Positions 62,978 to 64,000 of a stretch of DNA of 64,000 bases are shown one piece after another. Source of the stretch: an uncultured Chloroflexia bacterium (GTDB lineage: Bacteria; Chloroflexota; Limnocylindria; Limnocylindrales; CSP1-4); assembly GCA_963831715.1 (NCBI GenBank), contig CAWHRB010000001.1:640306-704305 (forward strand). The letters run 5' to 3'. How positions within the stretch are numbered: position 1 is the first letter of the stretch; the number at the start of each line of letters is the position of its first letter. The notes under the pieces were generated by a model. The model worked only from the letters and a program-made list of their open reading frames with translations. It was not told where the DNA came from and did no database searches. Position numbers and translations under genes: made by a program.

Positions 62978-64000
62978 GTGGCGAGCCTGTTCATCGATGG
63001 CGTGTGGGTCGCTTCAGGCGACGGGACGTGCAGTCCTGTCATCAACCCGAGCGACGGCTCGATCGTCACCGAAGTCGATGTCGCCACGGATGACCAGGTC
63101 CAGGCGGCGATCGCGGCCGCACGTCGCGCGTTCGACGCGACCGACTGGCCCCGGACGCCGACCGGTGAGCGTGCTGCGCTCCTGGACCGCATCGCGGGTC
63201 TGCTCGACCGTGACTTCGAGGACGTCGCGCGCGAGGAGACCCTCAACACGGGCAAGGCCATGCGCGAGAGCCGCGCCGACATCGCCGATGTCGTCCGCGT
63301 CTTCCGCTACTACGCGGATCTCGCCGACGAGGAGCCGGGCCGTCTTGTCGACACGAGCGTGCCCACCGCCGTCAGCCGCATCGTCTACGAGCCGGTCGGG
63401 GTGTGCGGGTTGATCGGGCCGTGGAACTACCCGCTGCTCCAGTTGTCCTGGAAGATCGCGCCGGCCCTCGCCGCCGGCTGCACGGCAGTGATGAAGCCGG
63501 CCCATCTGACGCCGCTGACCACGATCCACCTGACCCGGCTGCTCGAGGAAGCCGGCGTACCACGGGGCGTGGTCAATCTCGTCCTGGGACCGGGCGAGCG
63601 GGTCGGCCAGGCCCTCGCCGACTCGCCCGACATCGACCTCATCTCCCTCACCGGCGGCATCGAGGCCGGTCGGTCGCTGATGCGTGGCGCGGCCGTCAAC
63701 GTGAAACGGATCGCGCTCGAGCTCGGCGGGAAGAGCCCGAACATCGTCTTCGCCGACGCCGACTTCGAGACAGCCGTCGACAACGCCCTCACCGCGGCGT
63801 TCGTCCACTCGGGCCAGGTGTGCTCGGCCGGCTGCCGGGCGATGGTCGAGGCGTCCATCCACGACCGGTTCGTGGCGGCCGTCGCCGAGCGGGCCGACCG
63901 GATCCGGCTCGGGCATGGCCTCGATGAGCGGACCGAGACGGGAGCGCTCATCTCGGCCGAGCACCGGGCCAAGGTCGAGGCGTACGTCACGGGCGCGGTC
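62978..64000 (+). CDS. Aldehyde dehydrogenase (betaine-aldehyde dehydrogenase-like), 3' end beyond window
   Basis: GTG start after GAGGGG; ALDH motifs (LELGGKSPNIVF, catalytic GQVCSAG). Confidence 0.8.
   Translation, partial: MASLFIDGVWVASGDGTCSPVINPSDGSIVTEVDVATDDQVQAAIAAARRAFDATDWPRTPTGERAALLDRIAGLLDRDFEDVAREETLNTGKAMRESRADIADVVRVFRYYADLADEEPGRLVDTSVPTAVSRIVYEPVGVCGLIGPWNYPLLQLSWKIAPALAAGCTAVMKPAHLTPLTTIHLTRLLEEAGVPRGVVNLVLGPGERVGQALADSPDIDLISLTGGIEAGRSLMRGAAVNVKRIALELGGKSPNIVFADADFETAVDNALTAAFVHSGQVCSAGCRAMVEASIHDRFVAAVAERADRIRLGHGLDERTETGALISAEHRAKVEAYVTGAV

Noticed and set aside
1-64000. Mobile elements or a horizontally acquired island, searched for by composition and by integrase or transposase genes.
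   Set aside because: GC content is uniformly high, apart from short regulatory motifs. No transposase, integrase, phage gene or flanking direct repeat was recognised.

Overview
This window is a high-GC (about 70%) actinobacterial-type chromosomal segment. It is densely coding on both strands, with about 70 genes, many joined by 4-nt start/stop overlaps (GTGA, ATGA or TGATG) that indicate tightly coupled operons. I found no rRNA, tRNA, CRISPR array, transposase or integrase by eye. The modules, in order, are:
1. 0.1-9.2 kb: Lon-N-domain protein, a membrane GGDEF cyclase, IscA/HesB, and a phenylacetyl-CoA core (paaG[frameshifted]-paaA-paaB-paaC-paaD, a 3-hydroxyacyl-CoA dehydrogenase and a thiolase).
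2. 9.8-14.2 kb: crotonase, EthD-like protein, alpha/beta hydrolase, GNAT, and a FumC/AspA-family lyase.
3. 14.2-17.3 kb: an unusual PadR - Tat-Rieske - membrane protein - Tat-lipoprotein flavin amine oxidase operon with a PadR-type palindrome upstream.
4. 17.4-25.7 kb: an APC permease, a type-III glutamine-synthetase-like ligase, an SDR, a ROK kinase and an aldehyde dehydrogenase, which together look like a gamma-glutamylation amine-catabolic cluster, interrupted by an ankyrin-repeat gene.
5. 26-33.8 kb: NUDIX with zinc ribbon, an HxlR regulator, an HtrA-like protease, a DUF6498-like membrane protein, purE, an apparent GrpB-PurK fusion, a multiply frameshifted methyltransferase, and a nucleoside hydrolase.
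6. 33.8-42.2 kb: a sulfur supercluster (mec - cysM - cysO - rhodanese-N MoeZ - sufU ... sufS - sufC - Rrf2 regulator) with no sufB or sufD in the window.
7. 42.2-48.1 kb: a SAM-I (S-box) riboswitch, then a heavily frameshifted B12-dependent metH, then a YitJ-like homocysteine methyltransferase/MTHFR fusion.
8. 49.2-64 kb: a corrinoid-dependent quaternary-amine (probably glycine betaine) demethylation cluster. It contains an MttB-family methyltransferase, a corrinoid protein, an MtgA-like methyl-THF methyltransferase, a RamA-like reductive activase, DUF1638, a small unknown protein, metF and DinB. Next to it are an IclR regulator, a dimethylglycine-dehydrogenase-family enzyme with etfBA, and a betaine-aldehyde-type aldehyde dehydrogenase.
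Single-base frameshifts hit at least nine genes and cluster at 44-50.5 kb. They may be assembly indels or real gene decay; the sequence alone cannot say which.
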